DNA of 64,000 bases from assembly GCF_963921235.1 (NCBI RefSeq), contig NC_086097.1, positions 176,826,001 through 176,890,000 on the forward strand. Direction: 5' to 3'. Each line of letters opens with the position of its first letter. Position 1 is the stretch's first letter. Source of the DNA: Mobula hypostoma (taxonomy: Eukaryota). Positions 58,895-64,000 of this stretch are shown piece by piece. A program made the translations under genes and the position numbers. Below the pieces are notes generated by a model. That model was not told the origin of the DNA. It was given only the letters and a program-made list of their open reading frames with translations, and did no database searches.

Positions 58895-59600
58895 CAAAGT
58901 TCAAAGTAAAGTTATTATCAAAGTACAAACATGGCACCATTTAGAACCCTTAAGATTTGTTTTCTTGTGCGTAATCACAGTATCGACAGGAAATTCGATA
59001 GCATCAATGAAGGACTGCACCCAACAGGATGGACAAACAAGCAATGTAGAAAAGGCAACATACTGTGCAAATACAGTAATAATGATAAACAAGCAATAAA
59101 TATTGAGAACATGATATGAAGAACTCTTGAAAGTCAGTCATGGGTTGTGGGAAATGTTCAGATGACTGAAGGGTTATAACTGCTCCTGAATCTGGTGGTG
59201 TGGGCTCTGAGGCTCTTGTACCTTCTTCCTGATGGCAGCAGTGAGAAGACAGCATGACCTGGATGGAGGGGTCCTTGCTTTCCTGTGACAGTACTCCGTG
59301 TAAATGTGATCACTTGTGGGGAGGGCTTTACTTGTGATGGATTTGGCCGTATACAATACTTTATGTAGGCTTTTCCATTGAAGGGCATTGGTTCCATGAT
59401 GCAACCAGTTAATATACTCTCCACCACACATCCATAGAAGCTTGTCAAAGTTTTAGTTGACATGCGGAATCTTGTCAAACATCTAAGAAAGTAGAGGCAT
59501 TGCCCTGCTTTCTTTATAATGACATTTACGTGCTGGACCTGGGACAGACTCTCTGAAATGATAACACCGAGGATTTTAAAGTTGCTGATTCTCTCCACCT
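58895..59600 (-). mobile_element. Rex1/Babar LINE 3' part
   Basis: VERISNFKILGV..KKAGQCLYFLR..HPGHAVFSLLPSGRRY; tail tttgaactttgaa. Confidence 0.85.
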
Positions 59601-60289
59601 TTTCCAGTTTAATGAGATCCTGCCTATAGCTGGGGATTTGGGCTTCAATAGCAAACCAGCACTTATTACACAAGAAGGTGGCATTAAACTGTCTCGAATA
59701 ACCACTGTCGTCCCGTGCTGTTTTGGAAGGAGTTGCAAGATTTAGACCCAGCAACAATGAAGGAGAGGGATACATCCTGTGAAAGGATAGGAGGACACAG
59801 ATCACAGTGATAAGGTAACAGATCCCATGGATTGATAGGTTTTCAGTCTCATGAATTTCTCCAGTACTCCAGTCTTCTGATGCATTTCTATGTTTCCTTT
59901 GCATAACCCACATTTTTGCAAAACCCGTGGAGGCATCCTTTTCCATGATCTTGGATAATCAGGCATCACCTCAACATGCAACTGAACTATTCGAAGGTTT
60001 CCTTCCTGGGTAGGAGAGATTGCATTGCATCACCTTTTTATGATGAAAGACACTTCCACTTTAATTACCTACCTTACAGCAGTGGGTTTAATGGGCCAGT
60101 GCATAAAGCCAAAAGATTCCTCAACCCATCTGTAAGGCTGAGGATGAGGTGGCATTAGGATAATGCAACAATAGAATGGCCTAATTGTTTGTGAAATTAC
60201 CTCCACTACTGACCTTGCTGGGGGATTAACAATGAATATATCATTACCTCCAGGAGTTTGATGATGGACAGGATGATAGAACATCCCCA

Positions 60290-61712
60290 TTTACAATGCT
60301 GAAAATCCTTTTCCACTTGCCCATGGTTACCACTGACCAGAAACTGAACTGGTGCAGACATGTACACAACGTGGCTACAAGAGACGATCAGAAGGCAGGT
60401 AGCCTGTGGTGAGTAATTCCCCTCCTGATTCCCGAAAGCCTGTCCACCACTAAAGGTTCAATTCAGGAGCGTGATGTGACGCACTCTGTTTGCCTGGATG
60501 ACCGCAGTTTCAACAACACTCAAGAAGTTCAACAACAGAAAGGATAGAGCAGCACGTTTTATAGGTAGCGACCCACACCAATCCACCACTGACATACGCT
60601 ATAGCAGTTCATACCATTTACAGGATGCACCACAGCAACTCACCAAGACTCCTTTGTCAGCACCTTCCAAACACACCACCTCTACCAGCAGCACCTTTCA
60701 AACCCACCAGCTCTATCAACAGCACCTTCCAAACGCACCACCACTACCAGCAGCACCTTCCAAACCCACCACTACCAGCAGCACCTTCCAAACTCACCAC
60801 TACCAGCAGCACCTTCCAAACCCACCACTACCAGCAGCGCCTTCCAAACCCACCACCACCAGCAGCGCCTTCCAAACCCATCACTACCAGCAGCACCTTC
60901 CAAACCCACCACTACCAGCAGCGCCTTCCAAACTCATCACTACCAGCAGCACCTTCCAAACCCACCACTACCAGCAGCGCCTTCCAAACCCACCACTACC
61001 AGCAGCACCTTCCAAACCCACCACTATCAGCAGCACCTTCCAAACCCATCACTACCAGCAGCACCTTCCAAACCCACCACTACCAGCAGCGCCTTCCAAA
61101 CCCATCACTACCAGCAGCGCCTTCCAAACTCACCACTACCAGCAGCGCCTTCCAAACCCACCACTACCAGCAGCACCTTCCAAACCCACCACTACCAGCA
61201 GCACCTTCCAAACCCACCACTACCAGCAGCACCTTCCAAACCCATCACTACCAGCAGCACCTTCCAAACCCACCACTACCAGCAGCACCTTCCAAACCCA
61301 CCACTACCAGCAGCACCTTCCAAACCCACCACTACCAGCAGCGCCTTCCAAACCCATCACTACCAGCAGCACCTTCCAAACCCATCACTACCAGCAGCAC
61401 CTTCCAAACCCACCACTACCAGCAGCGCCTTCCAAACCCACCACCACCAGCAGCACCTTCCAAACCCACCACCTCTACCAGCTGGAAGAACAAGGGCAAC
61501 AAAAACACAGAGAACACCACCTCCATGCCACACACCGTCGTGACTTGGAAATATTTCCCCGTTCCTTCGTTGTTGCTGGGTCATAGTCCTGGAACCTCCT
61601 CCTTAAAAACCATTATTGGAGTACCTAATCTCAAGGCTGGTAGCAGTTCAAGAGGGCAGTTCACCACCACCTTCTCAAAAGCAAATAGGAATGGGCAATT
61701 AAATGCTTGCTC
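60290..61712 (+). mobile_element. CR1-group LINE ORF2 C-terminus containing the 28-bp minisatellite
   Basis: VTTDQKLNWCRHV..TTLKKFNNRKDRAARFIG..MHHSNSPRLLCQHLPN / DLEIFPRSFVVAGS*SWN..QQFKRAVHHHLLK. Confidence 0.75.
60658..61482. repeat. 28-bp minisatellite, ~29 units
   Basis: Unit ccagcagcaccttccaaacccaccacta with few variants. Confidence 0.97.
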
Positions 61713-62019
61713 AGACTGTTAAGCTCACAACGCTTCAAGAAATATATTAAAAAAATGAAGAGCCTCAGCCCAAAACATTGACTGTCCATTTCCCTCCACA
61801 AATTCTGCTTGACCTGATGAGTTTCTCCAGCACTTTGTTTGTTGCTATCTATCAAACTCTGGCCGGAATGAATCCAAGAAAAGACCTGCCAAATTTCAAA
61901 GATTCCACAAGCAATTTAAATGTTTAAGAAATTTCTTATCTTCTCAGTCTTCAGTAGCCCACCTTGTACCCTTGCTTATCAATATTGAGCCATAGAATCA
62001 TGGAATTATACAACATACT

Positions 62020-62458
62020 GACTTCCGGTAATTGCTCCCCTTCCCCCCCCCCACCCCCTTCACCATTCCCATTCCTGTTTCACTCTCTCACCTTATCTCC
62101 TTACCTGCCCATCACTTCCCTCTAGTGTTCCTGCCCCGTCCCTTTCGTCCATGGTCTTTTACCCTCTCCTATCAGATACCCACTTCTCCAACCCTTTATC
62201 TCTTTCACCTATCAGCTTCCCAGCTTTTTACTTCACCCCTCCCCTCTCCCAGTTTCACCTATCACCTTGCACTTCTTTCTCCCCTCCCCCCACCTCTTGC
62301 TCTAACTTCAAATCTTTTTTTTTACAGATTTGATGATGTGTCTCAGCCCGAAATGTTGACTGTTTACTTTTCCATTGATGCTGCCTGGCCTGATGAGTTC
62401 CTCCAGCATTTTGTATGAATTGATTGGATTTCCAGCATCTGCGGATTTTCTCGTCTTA
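62020..62458 (+). mobile_element. Old Penelope 3' end with decayed hammerhead
   Basis: Begins ttccggtaa (FR*), pyrimidine-rich UTR, ttgatgatgtgtctcagcccGAAAtgttgactg, end tttccagcatctgcgga. Confidence 0.7.
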
Positions 62459-63294
62459 GTCTCTGGCCCAGACTTGCAGACTCATAGACATTGTGCCATT
62501 GATCTCCAGACAGGCTAACACAGGTTCTTCAACCCTCAGGCTTCTCCCTCAGAGCTCTCTGACTTCAGTCTTTGACCACAATGCTATTTCTAACTTTAGA
62601 CAGTTCCTATTGGTCCAAGCTGATTTCAGTTTTGTATTGCATGGTGCTGAGATGTAACGAAATTTAACATCATTTCAATTGGAAAAGGTAAAAATTTAGC
62701 CACAAGTTTGCATGCAAACTAACCTGTCAAAAGAGATCTGCTATTAGACTCTGTGAAGTAGATTTAATTTATTTGTGAAGACAGGGGTTTCTTTAATCAC
62801 AGCCATCTGCTCCAGTGTGTGGGGTTTTAATATGAATTCCCAGTGAGTCACTTTATGAGCCAGTCCTTGTTAAATGAAGCATATTCAGGAAGGTACAATA
62901 GGAAGGAGGAGATTTTACTATAATAGACATCTGTTATCCTTACTAATATCTAATGCAGTCAAAATATTGCCAATACTAATCAATGACTCTGCTTGTGATC
63001 CACTAAAACCAGCATCTGTCCCCTCAGTGTGGAATGTGAGCCCAGAATTCAGAATGCAAGTGGGGAGAGCAGCTGGAGTCGGGATTTGGGTTTGGAATGT
63101 GCGTAGGATTGAACCACAATCAGGATTCAGAGTATATTTCCTGCTCCCTTTGCATTCATCATATTTACTAGAAAATCTACTCTACCACAGTGTAATGTGT
63201 AAAAAAGAATGTGAAATTGAAATGTGTTTAGGTACAAATGGGAGTAGCATCCAAAAGTTTGGAAAATTTGCCAGCTCAGCATCAAAGTCCTAAA

Positions 63295-63552
63295 GGTCTC
63301 TTTTTCCTTTCTTTCTTTCTTTTCTCTTTCTCTCTCTCTCACACGTTTTATTTCTCCCTTGCTCTCTCTCACTCTCTCTTGCTTTCACACCCTTTATACC
63401 TTTCTTGGTCTGCCTCTCCCTTGCACACTCACTCTCTTTTTCTCTCACATTCTTTATATCACTCTTGCTCCCTCTCACTCTTGCTCTGTTATCTCTATTT
63501 TTCTCATATTCTTTATTACGTTTCTTCTCTATCTCATTTTTCTTTCTCTCAG
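63295..63552 (+). repeat. CT-rich low-complexity polypyrimidine tract
   Basis: Degenerate (ct)n/(cttt)n. Confidence 0.85.
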
Positions 63553-64000
63553 AGTTACCACAGGCAAACAGATGAGGCCATTGGCTCTGCACCTGCTCAG
63601 GAGATAATTTGACGCATCAAATCAGCCCATTATGTCAACCAGACAAATCAGTTAGCACATGAGTTAACAGCCATTTTCTTCATCCCGCAGTCTGACTTTT
63701 CACAGCTTCAAATATCAAAGAAAGACCGTTCATTTCACCCTGTCCATCACATCCTACCCATATACCCAGTCCTTCTCATCCTACCCCATCATCCAACCCT
63801 GAAGCCTGAAGTCACGTATCACCAAATTTAATAATGGCTATCTCCCTTCAATCATTCAACTTTTTGACAAACCAGCACAACCCTAATCACTAACAGACTA
63901 CAGAAACACTATCACCACTTTGCAGTACAATGGACTTTCTGTTGCTTTCATCTTCTCAATTCTTGTATAATTTTGTATAATTTATGTTTGCTTTATGTTT

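Noticed and set aside
59158..59946. 262-aa minus-strand ORF
   Set aside because: Chance read-through from unrelated sequence into a decayed Rex1 fragment
62385..62410. Second CTGATGA hammerhead core (also at ~61815)
   Set aside because: A point variant of ctgctgag with no downstream GAAA or stems
62874..63612. ORFs of 80-139 aa near the CT tract and a possible splice acceptor at ~63552
   Set aside because: Low-complexity translations, no homology, no clear donor

Overview
Repeat-saturated vertebrate DNA with no intact host protein-coding gene. The repeat repertoire (HE1/V-type tRNA SINEs with CR1-like tails, Deu-domain SINE, many CR1 and Rex1/Babar LINEs, Penelope termini) points to a cartilaginous fish, probably a ray (inference). 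Most of the window is nested, decayed transposons: CR1, Rex1/Babar, RTE and L2 LINEs, Tc1, Tigger/pogo, hAT and Academ-like DNA transposons, LTR elements, and two minisatellites born inside retroelements. Highlights: (1) a two-LTR Gypsy element (42466-49560) whose RT-RNaseH-integrase core is replaced by a spliced, intronless fragment of the host splicing-factor gene RBM25, with no poly(A) or TSD, consistent with host-gene capture by an LTR retrotransposon; (2) a family of short Penelope-derived inserts carrying minimal type I hammerhead ribozymes, with 9-12 bp TSDs, including a perfect 94-bp-arm palindrome that encodes a ribozyme on each strand; (3) an Academ-like transposon relic and an ERV-like gag/protease relic in the same multi-layer nest. 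Family assignments rest on motifs recognised by eye; no searches were run, and boundaries of old elements are approximate.
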